A program made the translations under genes and the position numbers. From Selaginella moellendorffii (Eukaryota > Plantae > Lycopodiophyta): a DNA stretch of 64,000 nucleotides. Shown piece by piece: positions 45,727 through 59,674 of the stretch. The stretch lies in contig NW_003314296.1 of the NCBI RefSeq assembly GCF_000143415.4, positions 434,001 to 498,000 of the forward strand, in the 5' to 3' direction. The notes under the pieces are model-generated. The model was not told the origin of the DNA, ran no database searches, and worked only from the letters and a program-made list of their open reading frames with translations. The first letter of the stretch is position 1. Every line of letters begins with the position of its first letter.

Positions 45727-48099
45727 ATGAAGATCCGCGAGGCGGCGATGCAGCAGCGGCTGATCGCGGCGTGTGGGGGCGACAATGTGAAGCTCTTTGA
45801 TGCCGCTGCCGCGAGCGAGGGCCGGGCGGATCCTTGCGTCTCGCAGTTCCTCCCGGCGCCCGGCGTCCAGGTTAACGCTCTGCGATGGAATCACACCAGT
45901 AAGATCTCAGTCCGCGGCTTCTAGCTGCCTGCATTGCGCGTCCTGGTGATATTTCGATGTTTCTTTGCTTCCAGATCACGTCCTGGCGAGCTCCGGGGAG
46001 GATCGCAGGATTTCGCTGTGGCTCAAGGGAGGCAAGCTTTTAGGATCTGTGCCGCAGCTAGAGTCCGATCCAGCCGATGTTCTAGACGTATGTGTTTCTT
46101 GGAATTTTTTTCTTCTTTCTCGTGATTGTTGTGTGTTTCGTTTGCCTTCCAGGAGTCTATACTGGCCATAAACTTCAGCTCAAAGTCATCGAGATATCTT
46201 TGCTCTGGTGGAACTGGGAAAGTCGTGCGAATCTGGGACATGCAAAGGAAGAAGTGTATAAAATCGCTCAAGGGACACGCCGACACGATCACTGGCGTCA
46301 TGTATAACTGCAAAGACGAGCACCTTGCTTCCATCAGTTCCAGGGGTGATCTCATCATCTACAGCCTTGCTTCCGGGTCTCGAATCACCGAAGTGAAGGA
46401 TCCCTTCAATCAGGTGAGTTTTTCTTCGGCGTCTCGTATCCTGCAAGAGTTTTTGCAATGCTAGCGGGTCGTAGAGTATCTCTTTGGTCATCATGAGCGT
46501 TTTTCGTGGCAGGGAATTGCTGAGTTTCTTTGGAGCAGGTTTTGAGACTCTTGGAGTATTCTCGATCGAGCCGAAATCTTCTGGTTACTGCTGGGGACGA
46601 TGGGTCATTGCATCTTTGGGACACTACTGGACGCAGTCCAAAGGTACGGTCAGTCGCTTTCTTCATCTAATGCTTCTCAGCCAATTTATTCTTTGCTCAT
46701 CGTTGATAGGCCTCATGGATTCGACAACATCTGGCACCTGCAAGCGGTGTCGGGTTCTCATTTTCAAATGAAAAGGTGTGCATGAGGTTGAAGTTTGTCG
46801 TCATGGACTGAGACTGATCTCCTTCCAGGTCATAGTAAGCGTGGGCTTTGATAAAAGATTGCATACTTACGACACCAGCGTAAAGAAGGCTGTCCACTCT
46901 CTTTCTTGCGATGCGCCATTCTCTTCTTTAGCATTGAAAGACGATGGTTGGACTGTCGCAGCCGGTACTACAAATGGGAGAATTATGTTCTATGACATCC
47001 GTACCAAAGTCCAACCCATGGCTGTTCTTCGAGCTTTTAATCCATCTGAGGTGCGACGGTCTATTCGTTTTCAACTTATGTAACTGTTGACTTCTTTAGG
47101 CTGTTGCAAGTGTATGCTGGCAACGGACAAACCCGGTTCCAATAAGCACCTCAAGCTGGTCGCCTGACGTGGCTTTGCTCGGTGCCAATGGAGAGGAGAC
47201 GCCGGCCATAATGCCTGATCCACTTCCCGCTTCCGGAAGAAATCGACCTTCTTTTGGACGGCCTGAATCGCTGACTGTGGCAAATCCAAGGAATGCAGCA
47301 GCGGCAGAAGAATCATCAAACCAGAGCGTGTGGTCCAATAGTGGTTCTTTCATCCTTCACTCGTCGAAGGCTACCCCGAGCGGTGTTGACGACATGGAGG
47401 TTTTTTCTCCTCTCGTGGACGTGCAACCGATAGTTCAACCTCTCTCTTCGTTCATTGACGGACTCGGCGAAACAAAGAGGCCATCTCCTCCCTCGGCAAT
47501 AGCAAACTCAGACGAATTCCAGCAAACCTCGCATCAAGTAAGTAGTTGACTACTCTTCCATTGTGTGTGTTTCACTTTTACGTTCCTCCTACAGGACGAA
47601 CATCCTACCACGTCTCCGCGTGTTGAGGCTAGCAATGCAGCAGAACCGTCTCCAAACGATCATCAAACTCGACTCACCAAAGCTAGAGAGCATCTGGCGG
47701 CTGTTAAAGGCTTGGCTCTAGAACTTCCTCCAAGGCTCTCGGCGTCGTCACCAAACTCTCCTCCCTCAAGAGTTTCACCTCCACAGCCGTCCTCGTCTTC
47801 GTTCGCGCTCCAGCTTGTGCAACGTGCTCTGGAGGAGAGCCTTGGCTCCGTCCAGCGAGCCATACACGAGGACGTGCAAAACCTTCACCTAGAGCTCATA
47901 CGCCAGTTTCACATCCAACAGGTTGTTACTTCGTTGATACTCTAACTTTTTTTCTTACTTTGTTTCCATGATTTCCTTTTACCTTTGGCAGACGGAGACG
48001 GCGTGCTGTGTGGAAAAGCTAGTCTCGAAGCAAGCTGAAATGATGGAGGAACTTCAAGCGCTTCGAAAGGAGAACCAGCAACTCCGGCATTTGATTTGA
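45727..48099 (+). CDS. NEDD1: NEDD1/GCP-WD gamma-tubulin complex adaptor, multi-exon
   Basis: [40 protein letters not shown]40 repeats, [14 protein letters not shown], and C-terminal [28 protein letters not shown]. Confidence 0.9.
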
Positions 48100-48512
48100 T
48101 CCGGTAGGCAATCACTTTTTGGGGTACATTCATTTACAGTTTCTTTTTTTCTTCTCTCCTCAGGAATGGACTGATTAGAAATCTCCCAAAAGATAGCCGG
48201 CATTTAATCCCATCTAAAGCTAAAGATCCCAGGCAAGAACTTAGTTTCCATTCTTCAATAGAATGAGATCGCTATTAGTCACATGAAGCTCGTTTTTGAG
48301 GGACACTTGCAGAGCATGAAGCGATTCTTTGACCAGTGAGTCGAGCTTCGCATTCCATTGCTATGCCTTATTTTGGTTTGTTGGGGGGACAAGTGAGAGT
48401 ATATAGAGAGAGGTTGATGTTCCTCTTCATCGTGTTTACTTACAGCACTCCTATTTTCTTTCCAGAGAGGAGGATATCGATTGATAATGCCGCGGCTACT
48501 CTTCCTCAAGGA

Positions 48513-50552
48513 ATGAAGCTCCACTGGCCAAGCAAAAGAAGCTACACCACCACCATCAATGCGGTCCAGGAAACTCTAGCGGCTCTCGACAATGGATCCA
48601 TCTCCGGCAGCCCAGCGCTCTACTCGGACCTCCTCCGCGGCTGCGGGACACTGGCGGACGCCCGCCGGATCCGCCAGTACGCCACCCGCGACAATCTCCT
48701 CGACCACCATCCATCGCTGGCAAGGCACATCGTCCAGACCTTCGTCCGCCTGGGCAGCATGGCCGACGCTCAAGATTCCTTCGCCGCCACCACGAAGAAA
48801 ACCGGGGTGGTGATCTGGACAGCCATGATCACGGGCTACGCCAAGCATGGAGACTTCTCGCGGGCGATCCAGTTCTTCGCAGAGATGGAGAGAAACCACG
48901 TCCTCCCGGACAAGATCACGTACGTGGCGGTGCTGGGCGCGATCCAGGATCTGGAACAGGGAAGGAGAATTCACGTCAGGATCCAAGAGACGGGCTATGA
49001 TACCGACCTGGTGGTGGCGAACGCGCTGATGAAGATGTACGCGGCGTGCTCCAGCCTCGCCGACGCTACTCGGGTTTTCGAAGCCATGGATCACAGGGAC
49101 GTGGTGTCGTGGACCTCGATCATCGCAGCAAATGCCAGGGCCGGGGACTTTCCAGCCGCGATGGGTCTCTTCCGGAGGATGCAGCTCCAGGGGACGCGGC
49201 CGAACCGGATCACTCTCCTCGAGCTGCTGGCCTGGTGCGATGATCCGGACGAGGGAGCGGCGATCCACGAGCGTGCTTTTGCCAGTGGGCTTCGATCCGA
49301 CGTCCCGGTTTGCAACGCGATCCTCAACATGTATGCCAAGGCCGGGCGATTCGAGACCGCCAGCGAGCTCTTCGAGAGGATGCCCGTGAGGAACGCGGTC
49401 TCGTGGACAGCCATGATGGCGGCGATGGTGAGGGCCGGGCGGCACGACGACGCGCTGCGGCTGTTCCGGGACATGGAGGACGACGGTGTGGAGCCCGACT
49501 CGATCGCGTTCATCACCGTGATCAATGCTTGCTCCAGCGCCGCGACCGCGCGGTGGATCCACGGGTGTATCATCCGGGGTGGCTGCGACTCCGACACTGC
49601 TGTGAGCAACGCGATCATCAGAGCCTACGCGAGGTGTGGGAGCTTGAAAGAAGCGTACCGGACGTTCGTGGAGATAAAGGAGAGGCGGGATCACGTCTCG
49701 TGGACGACAATGATCTCGGCGTTTGCGGAGTTTGGGCGGATCAAGCGATGCGTCCAGCTCTTCCGGGAGATGCTGCTAGAGGGCGTGAGAGCGAACGAAG
49801 TTACCTTGATCACGGTGGTGAATGCTTGCGCGGGCGCGAGCGCGATCAAGGAAGGGCGATGGATCCACGACTGCGTCATTGGCTATCAGCTGGAGAGATC
49901 GAGCTCGATGGTGGCCACGGCGCTGCTCGACATGTATGGGAAGTGTGGGAGCCTCGAGGTGGCGGCCAGGATCTTTGGAGAGCTGGAGCAGCCGGACGTG
50001 GTTTCGTGGACGTCGATCATCGCCGCGACTGCCCAGAATGGTGACGGATCCAGCGCCGCCAGGCTCTTTTGTGCCATGCAGCTCGAGGGAGTGAGGCCGG
50101 TGGACGTGACTTTCGTCAGCGTCGTCGCGGCTTGCAGCCATGCCGGGCTGGTGGATCTCGGGAAAGAGTTCGTGACGAGGTTGCGGAAGGATCACCGGGA
50201 GGGGATCGAGCTGACGCTGGAGCACTGTGGGTGCATTGTGGATCTGCTCGCTCGGGCGGGGCGGCTGGAGGAGGCCGAGTGTGTGATCGATTCCATGCCG
50301 TTTAAGCCCACCCCGGCGGTGTGGATGGCGTTCCTGGCGGGCTGCAAGGCGTACGAGGATATCAGTCGCGGGCAGAGAGCGGCAGCGCAGATTCTCGGCC
50401 TGGATGAGAAGACTACCGCGGCTGTCATCGCTCTCTCGAGCACTTACGCTGCTTCTGACCGCCGGGGAGATGGCGAGGCGCTGAGAGGATTGATGGCGGA
50501 TGGATGCCTCAAGGAGGAGCACGGCATTGGAATCCAAGACGGAGGTGGATAA
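48513..50552 (+). CDS. PLS-class PPR protein with E domain, no DYW
   Basis: P-L-S triplets (VSWT..PD/N.ITF..NAL..MY..C), ACSHAGLV, CIVDLLARAGRLEEAE and ALSSTYA. First plausible ATG at 48513. Confidence 0.92.
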   Translation: MKLHWPSKRSYTTTINAVQETLAALDNGSISGSPALYSDLLRGCGTLADARRIRQYATRDNLLDHHPSLARHIVQTFVRLGSMADAQDSFAATTKKTGVVIWTAMITGYAKHGDFSRAIQFFAEMERNHVLPDKITYVAVLGAIQDLEQGRRIHVRIQETGYDTDLVVANALMKMYAACSSLADATRVFEAMDHRDVVSWTSIIAANARAGDFPAAMGLFRRMQLQGTRPNRITLLELLAWCDDPDEGAAIHERAFASGLRSDVPVCNAILNMYAKAGRFETASELFERMPVRNAVSWTAMMAAMVRAGRHDDALRLFRDMEDDGVEPDSIAFITVINACSSAATARWIHGCIIRGGCDSDTAVSNAIIRAYARCGSLKEAYRTFVEIKERRDHVSWTTMISAFAEFGRIKRCVQLFREMLLEGVRANEVTLITVVNACAGASAIKEGRWIHDCVIGYQLERSSSMVATALLDMYGKCGSLEVAARIFGELEQPDVVSWTSIIAATAQNGDGSSAARLFCAMQLEGVRPVDVTFVSVVAACSHAGLVDLGKEFVTRLRKDHREGIELTLEHCGCIVDLLARAGRLEEAECVIDSMPFKPTPAVWMAFLAGCKAYEDISRGQRAAAQILGLDEKTTAAVIALSSTYAASDRRGDGEALRGLMADGCLKEEHGIGIQDGGG

Positions 50553-50867
50553 GATTGAGCGATATTTCGAGAGGGATTGGATAGAGATTCAAGAGATTTC
50601 ACGCAAGACTGCTAAGAGATCAATGCAAGAATCCAATAGATCCAGAGATGGATAGAAATCGAAAGATATTTCGAGAGAGATCCGAGATTCAAAAGATTTC
50701 ACAAAGAGATAAGAGAGTAGAAGAGATAGAGATCCAGCAAGAAACGATGGATTACGTCACAGATTCCAGCGATCTTGTCAAGAATGAGAAATATCTTACT
50801 GACGAAGGGATTCCAATGGCGATCGAGCTTGGAGAAAAGAGTCCCTCCACCAAGAACCCTACATTAT

Positions 50868-51190
50868 GACACGTAAGCTGAAAGCCAGCTAGACATTATG
50901 CCAGGTGGGTGCCCACATGGGTACCCACGTGGCGTCATCATACAGCGCTGTAGTCCATTCACTGTACTGACACGTGGCCCACAATGGCGGCAAGACTTGG
51001 CTGGAAATAAAATATAGGGATTGGGACGGGGCTTTTTGCTGGAGATTCCAGCTTTTGGGAAAAACAGGTCACCGCCCATTCCCGAAAGGACCGCTTAACC
51101 TTACGTGAATGGTAACCGGCTGGTGAGTTTTTACCCCGGGTTTTCACCTCGAGTTTTTACTGCCTGGGTTTTTGCTGCTTGTATATAAAT
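50868..51190 (+). promoter_or_regulatory. ABRE/G-box cluster and TATA box
   Basis: gacacgt (~50868), cacgtggc (50926), gacacgtggc (50969) and tatataaat (~51182), upstream of the ATG at 51303. Confidence 0.55.
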
Positions 51191-51302
51191 CTCTATCATG
51201 TATGTTCACTACACAGGGGCAGCGTTTTCTCTTGGTTCTTCCTCGCTCGCTTCTTCGCTCGCTCTCCTCGCCGATCCATCGATCCATCCCAGAGTTTTGA
51301 CA

Positions 51303-51973
51303 ATGAGCTCTGAAGAGGCAAGCACAGATCTGTGAGAATGAGAGTGAGATGATCTTCCTCTTCTTTTGCTCGAGAGCTCTGTTTGATTCTTTCGATTCAT
51401 TCCTCCCTTTTACTTCCTTGGCTCCCAACTCTCTGGATCTGGCCCCGATCTCAATCAGTTCTTGGTGGATCGACCATCGTTCCAAAGAAACAGGAAGATA
51501 AATGACTCTAACTCGAGAGAGACTGACCTGGAACCGAATATCCCCTGATATACTCCCCTGATCATTGTTGAGCTGCTTGACTGGTTTTAAGATTCTTGAC
51601 ATCGTTTAACAACATGTTTCCTCTTTTGCTGCTCTTTGAACTTATTTTTATTGTCTAGGTAAAGGACGTTCCTCCCCCAACTCCAACTCCAGCTCCAGCT
51701 GAAGAAGTAGCAACTCCAACTCCAACTCCAGCTGAAGAAGTGCCTCCAGCTGAGAAAGTGGCTCCGTCAGCTGAGGAAGCATCAGCTCCAGCTGCAAAAG
51801 AAGTGGCTGCTCCTGAAGTTCCAAGTGAAGAAGCTGCTCCTCCAGCTGCTACACCTGAGCTGGAGGAGAAAACCAAAGAGCTGAGCTTGGAAGATCCACC
51901 AGCAGCAGTTGAAGAAGCAGCACCAGCAGCACCTAAAGCACCAGCAGCATCTGTGTTTAGTGTTACGGTTTAA
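51303..51973 (+). CDS. Small acidic Pro/Ala/Glu-rich protein (Hev b 5/CCaP-like, 109 aa); exons 51303-51317 and 51659-51973
   Basis: MSSEE/VKDVPPPTPTPAPAEEV..AVEEAAPAAP. This model requires an AG|GCAAG donor and a phase-0 acceptor. Confidence 0.7.
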
Positions 51974-52481
51974 ACCCCTTGTGCAAGCATCTCAAACTTT
52001 TCCTATGAATTCCTTTTGATTAAATATCCAAAACAATTGAATTATAAACAGCGTAAAGAGCTCGCCAATCGTCGTCATGATAGTTTGGCTACTGCTCACA
52101 AAGAAAGGGCGGCCACAGCCTTAAAAAAAATCTCCAAAAACTGGATGGGACACTCTGGGAAGCAAACTGGAAAGCTCGAATGACACAGCATCGATAAATT
52201 TCAATCCATCACATTGCAGGGTCCAGTCTAGCAGCATCATGCTTTGCGATAATAAATTGGAAATACTCCCACTATTAAAATGTTTTACTGGATTCTTATC
52301 CAGAGAGATATGGAATAATAATCGCATTCCACTGTGAGCGGTGGGGTACTGGAATCTTAAGAACTGACAAAAATTTTTTTTGTATTTTTTCCTGTCCCAA
52401 CATTAAAGGAAAATAAAATAAAAGGTGAATAATAAACATAATAGTAATAATTAATCAATATTAATAAATATATCATTGTTC

Positions 52482-55133
<2,652 letters not shown>

Positions 55134-56015
55134 GGCCAAACCTTTCTAGCGACCTAAGGTGACGGAAACACCTATTATATAACGAAAAAGGCTTAAAGGA
55201 TTAAAACCTTTTTTTTCACAGGCTAGAAAAGGATGTTCTCAACTCGGCCCGGGAGACTTTACGCATACCTTAGAAACGGAGCGTTGTTGACGAGCAAGCT
55301 TTCGCCTACCATCGAGATCATTCGCATTGCAATCCATGCAAAAGGTTCTATCATTTTGCTCTTCGAAACTGTAGTAACATTATAGAAAAAATCACGAGAG
55401 AAAAGAAAGAATCTCCGACCTGGTTATGGAGCAAAAGGAGCAAAATCCTTCCGCACATCCCTCGCAAGTAATCAAACCATTCAAAAACTTCCTGAGAAGA
55501 AAAAATAAGAAGTAAAGCATCGAAAGGGAAAAAGGAAGGGGAAAATCTTCCTTACTTGCAGCGAAAGCATTGATCACTGCCCAAAAAATCTGGAGCTGGT
55601 ACTTCCATTATTGTGTTCTTGAGATTGAATTGGAAACTCTGCATTCCCGCCCAGAGCTTTTGCAGCGTCCGATCTACAAAGACCTCGCATTCTCTCACAT
55701 TCTCGAAATCACAAAACCAGGAGCGTACCATAGATAGATCTCCGCCCGTCACTGCTCGCCGTGGAGTGGCTGGTCTCAAATCCATCGCTGGGCGCCAAGC
55801 GCTTCATTCCGATAAACCCTAAAATCGCGTTAGCAAAGGAAGAATGAAGGCAAGAGCGCGCGAGAGTTCTTGGATCCAAATTCCCATCGGACGATGAAAA
55901 TGCCGCCACGATTTCCGAGCGTGTTAGATCCGAGAATATGCTCCCTCCAAAGCTTAACCCCTCCAAAATTTCCATCGATCGATCGATCCGAGCTCACGAT
56001 TCGATCCGTCCGAGC

Positions 56016-58952
56016 TCACGACTCGCCCCGATTCGACGAAAGCATCGCGAGCTTGGCCATGATCACGTAGGGCGACGATTTCCTGGACTGCATCTCAAAG
56101 AGCTCCTCGGCCGCTCGCCGCCCGCGCTTGACATCGCTGTGGATGGAGCACGCCCCGAGCAGCGTCTCCCACACGCTCTTGCTCAGCTTGTGCGCCGGCA
56201 TCTTGCGGAGCCACTCCTCCGCCTCCTCCAGCCGCCCCGCCCGCCCAAAGAGATCGATCATGCAAGCGTAGTGCTCGCGGTAGGGCAAGATCCCGTGATC
56301 GTGGAGCAGCGACGCGAAATATCCACACCCGCGACCGATCAATCCCGCCTGGCTGCAAGCGCTGAGGATGCTCACGAAGCCGATCGCGTCCGCGCGGTGC
56401 CCGCTCTGCTGCATCCGCTCGAACAGCGCGATCGCTCGCTCCGACTGGCCGCGCCGCGCGAATCCAGACACCAGCGCGTTCCACATGAACATCGTGTGTT
56501 CTTGAGCGCCGTGGAAGATCTTCTGCGATTGCTCCAGCCGGCCGCAGCTCGCGTACATGTGGATCAGTGCTGTGATCACGCCGACGTCGCGATCGAAGCC
56601 GAGATCGGTCGCCCTGCGGTGGATTCTCTCCCCGGCGGTGAGCTCCGCCATGCCCGCGCACGCATTGAGCGCAAGAACTAGGGTAAGCTTGTCCGGCGCG
56701 ATGTCCATGGAGTCGTACGTACGGAGAGCCGGCGGCGTGCCGCCATGGGCATCAATCATGGCGTTCCACAGCACGACGTCGCGGCGGTACGGCGGTACCG
56801 CCGCGAAGGCCTCCTCCGCGCGGCTCACCTCCGCGGCACTGCCGTACGCAGCCACGAGTACGGTAGCCACCACGACGTCGCGATTCATGCCGCGCTGCAC
56901 GACGTGGCTGTGCACCGCCGCCAACGTCTCGCGACCAGCAGTGGCGGCGGCGGTAAGGGCGTTCACGAACGAGATCTCATCCGGCGTCACGCCCTCGAGT
57001 AGCATTTCCCCGTAGAGCGTGAGAACGCGCTCGAATTCCTCGTGCTGGGCCAGAGCCGATCCCATCGCGTTCCACGCGATGAGATCCAGCCTCTGGCCGG
57101 AGCGCCGCAGCGCGTCAAACACGGCGTCCGCGCGGCACAGGTCGCGGCACTTGCCGTACATGTTGAGCAGCGCCGTGCGGATGATCACGTCCTCTTCCCG
57201 CCCGGCCTCGGCGACGCAGAGGTGTACGGATGTACCGTGCGGTATCCCACGGTATCCCGCGGCGGCACAGGCGTTGAGAGCGGTCACGAAGCTTATGTCG
57301 TCGAAGGCCATGCCCTGGTGGTGCATCTGGTGGACGAGAGAGAGCGCTTCCTCCCAGAGATTCCTATCGGTATAGGCCGTGATCATCGAGTTCCAGGAGC
57401 TCAAGTCGCGATTGATCGAAGCTCCGCCCATGGCGACATCGAAGACCCGATTGGCAGCATCCAGATCTCCACAGGCGGCGTACATGTGGATCAAGAGACC
57501 GCCCACATCGGCCTCCACCCCGGATCGCGCTGCCAGCGCGTGGATCTCCACCCCGGACTCCAGATCGAGCAGATTTGCGCAAGCAGTGAGCGCGGCAGCG
57601 ATCGAGACCCTCGTCGGCAGGAGCTCGTCGCCGATCGCGGCCCTCATCGCATGGAAGATCTCCATCGTCTCGGCGAATCGCTCGGCGCGAGAGTAGCCCG
57701 AGAGCATCGCGTTCCAGGCGATGAGATCCCGGCGATGGAGCTGGATGGAATCGAAGACCGCTCGAGCGGCGGCGAGATCGCCACACTTGGCGTACATGTC
57801 CACCAGCGCGGTGGCGATGGCGAGGTCGGATCCATGACCGGAGGATCTCGCGATGGTGTGGAGGATGAATCCATCGCCCAGGAGCTGGGGCTGCTCAGCG
57901 CTCGCGATGGATCCCAGCGTGTTGAGGAAGCTGACCTTGTCCGGGGGCACGCCCAGCTCCGGGGAGATCCGGTGGAAGAGCTCGATCGCCTCACGCGGGC
58001 GGTGGTGGTGAGCGAATGCCGCGATCATGGAATTGATCGATACGAGATCCAAGCGATCGATCTTGCGGAAGACATCGCGAGCGCCGGCGAGGCTGCCACA
58101 GCTCCTGGCATAGGCTGTGAGGAGCGCGGTGGCGAGGATGGTGTCCGATCGCAAGAGCTCGTCGTGGATCATGACGCGGTGGAATCGCTCGAGGCGGGGA
58201 AGATCCACCGGAGCCACGAACGTCGCGATGATCGCCATGAGAGTGCCAGCGTCGGGCCTGGAGCTGGATTCGTGCTGCATCGTGTGGAAGATCGTCGTGG
58301 CGGCGGGCAAGAGGTGCGAGGAGACGTGCGCGGCGATGATCGAGTTCCAGGAGATCGTGTCCTTGCGGGCGATTCGATGGAACGCCCGCGTCGCATCGAT
58401 CAGGCTCTGGCACCGTGAGTATCCGGCGATGAGCGCGTTGCCCAGGACGAGATCGGTGGAGAGCCCGGCCTCGTGGATCCATCCCTGGAGCGTTCTCGCG
58501 AATTCAAGATCGCGGGGGTGCTGGAGGAGCTGGATCACGGCCAGGAGCGCGATCTTGTCCGGCGTAGCGCCGTGGAGCAGCATTTCGCGAAAGAGGGCAT
58601 TTGCTCTGGAGAAATGCCCATAGCGGGCAAATGCTGCGACGAGGCAAGTCCACGAGACGACGCTCCAGGCGGCAGGGGAGGGGAAGATCCGAGCGGCGGA
58701 ATCGACGTCGCCCATCTTGACGTAGATCTGGAGGAGCTGATTTCCAAGGAACGGATTGATGCCATGACGATCTTTGGTGGCAATGCGGTGGACGCGATTG
58801 ACCTGCGAGGGATTTGCGCAAGATCCCAGGAGCCCGGCGAGGGTGGTGTAGCTTGGATCGATGCTGCCCTGCTCCAGGCGATCGATGAGCGTGTCCACGC
58901 TTGGATTGGCGAGCGTGCTGAGGAATCGTGATGATCGTAGGGCTCGGCTCAT
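56016..58952 (-). CDS. PLS-class PPR protein with E domain (978 aa), likely organelle-targeted, no DYW
   Basis: MSRALRSSRFLSTLA presequence-like start, PLS triplets, ACSQAGL, HYACMIDLFGRAGRL and WETLLGAC. Confidence 0.93.
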   Translation of the reverse strand: MSRALRSSRFLSTLANPSVDTLIDRLEQGSIDPSYTTLAGLLGSCANPSQVNRVHRIATKDRHGINPFLGNQLLQIYVKMGDVDSAARIFPSPAAWSVVSWTCLVAAFARYGHFSRANALFREMLLHGATPDKIALLAVIQLLQHPRDLEFARTLQGWIHEAGLSTDLVLGNALIAGYSRCQSLIDATRAFHRIARKDTISWNSIIAAHVSSHLLPAATTIFHTMQHESSSRPDAGTLMAIIATFVAPVDLPRLERFHRVMIHDELLRSDTILATALLTAYARSCGSLAGARDVFRKIDRLDLVSINSMIAAFAHHHRPREAIELFHRISPELGVPPDKVSFLNTLGSIASAEQPQLLGDGFILHTIARSSGHGSDLAIATALVDMYAKCGDLAAARAVFDSIQLHRRDLIAWNAMLSGYSRAERFAETMEIFHAMRAAIGDELLPTRVSIAAALTACANLLDLESGVEIHALAARSGVEADVGGLLIHMYAACGDLDAANRVFDVAMGGASINRDLSSWNSMITAYTDRNLWEEALSLVHQMHHQGMAFDDISFVTALNACAAAGYRGIPHGTSVHLCVAEAGREEDVIIRTALLNMYGKCRDLCRADAVFDALRRSGQRLDLIAWNAMGSALAQHEEFERVLTLYGEMLLEGVTPDEISFVNALTAAATAGRETLAAVHSHVVQRGMNRDVVVATVLVAAYGSAAEVSRAEEAFAAVPPYRRDVVLWNAMIDAHGGTPPALRTYDSMDIAPDKLTLVLALNACAGMAELTAGERIHRRATDLGFDRDVGVITALIHMYASCGRLEQSQKIFHGAQEHTMFMWNALVSGFARRGQSERAIALFERMQQSGHRADAIGFVSILSACSQAGLIGRGCGYFASLLHDHGILPYREHYACMIDLFGRAGRLEEAEEWLRKMPAHKLSKSVWETLLGACSIHSDVKRGRRAAEELFEMQSRKSSPYVIMAKLAMLSSNRGES

Positions 58953-59674
58953 CCATGACCCCGCCTAGGGTTTCATCCTTTACGCGGCTTTGTAAACTCT
59001 ACAAAGTCTTTGGAACAGAACGGACGTACGGGTCCACTTCCACTCACATTTCTATGGCCGGGTATCCTAGGCCTTGCCGGTTTCTTGGCCATCAAGAGCA
59101 CAGGAACCAGTTAGTTGAGGAACTTGGACGTGTGATGCGTGAAATGGTTTATGTGTGGATTGAAAGGGAATGTGAGTGTAAAAGAGCAAGAGAAAAAGTG
59201 TGTATAGGGACATCAACCACACGGAGCTTGCAGCTTGTGGAGCATGGATGGCATACCGTTCGTGGTGTGTTGGGGAATTGTGATCCTGGCCTAGGGTTTT
59301 GGATTTGCACAATCAAAACTAGGCTCTTAGATCTGTTGGAATCTTTGTGTAACTCGTGATCAAGTGTGTGAGAGAAGTTGGCATCTCTTAGTTACTCGAG
59401 TTAGTGGTGTCCCAGCATGAGAGAATGGAAGGGTTTCATACTGTCGTGTGAGGCATCTCCAGGTGAGAGAGGCCTAGGAGCCAATGCAAGCTTGCTTGAT
59501 TATAGCACTCGGCTGACACCTTGAGTTAGGATGTGGTTCACAGTTCATGAAAACGTCCGAAGGCCTTCTAGCTTTTGTGCCACCTGGTGGGCAAATAGTC
59601 CAAGCTAGGACTGATCCATGTTCCCCCATACACTTGATTTACATATCAACAGTACATACATGGGCAGCACTCCA

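Noticed and set aside
55370-55975. Possible F-box-like gene on the minus strand (LDPRTLARSC)
   Set aside because: I could not build a consistent spliced frame, and the motif evidence is too weak.
59113-59651. Possible solo LTR (agttga...tcaaca)
   Set aside because: Imperfect left terminus, no target-site duplication and no second copy in the window.
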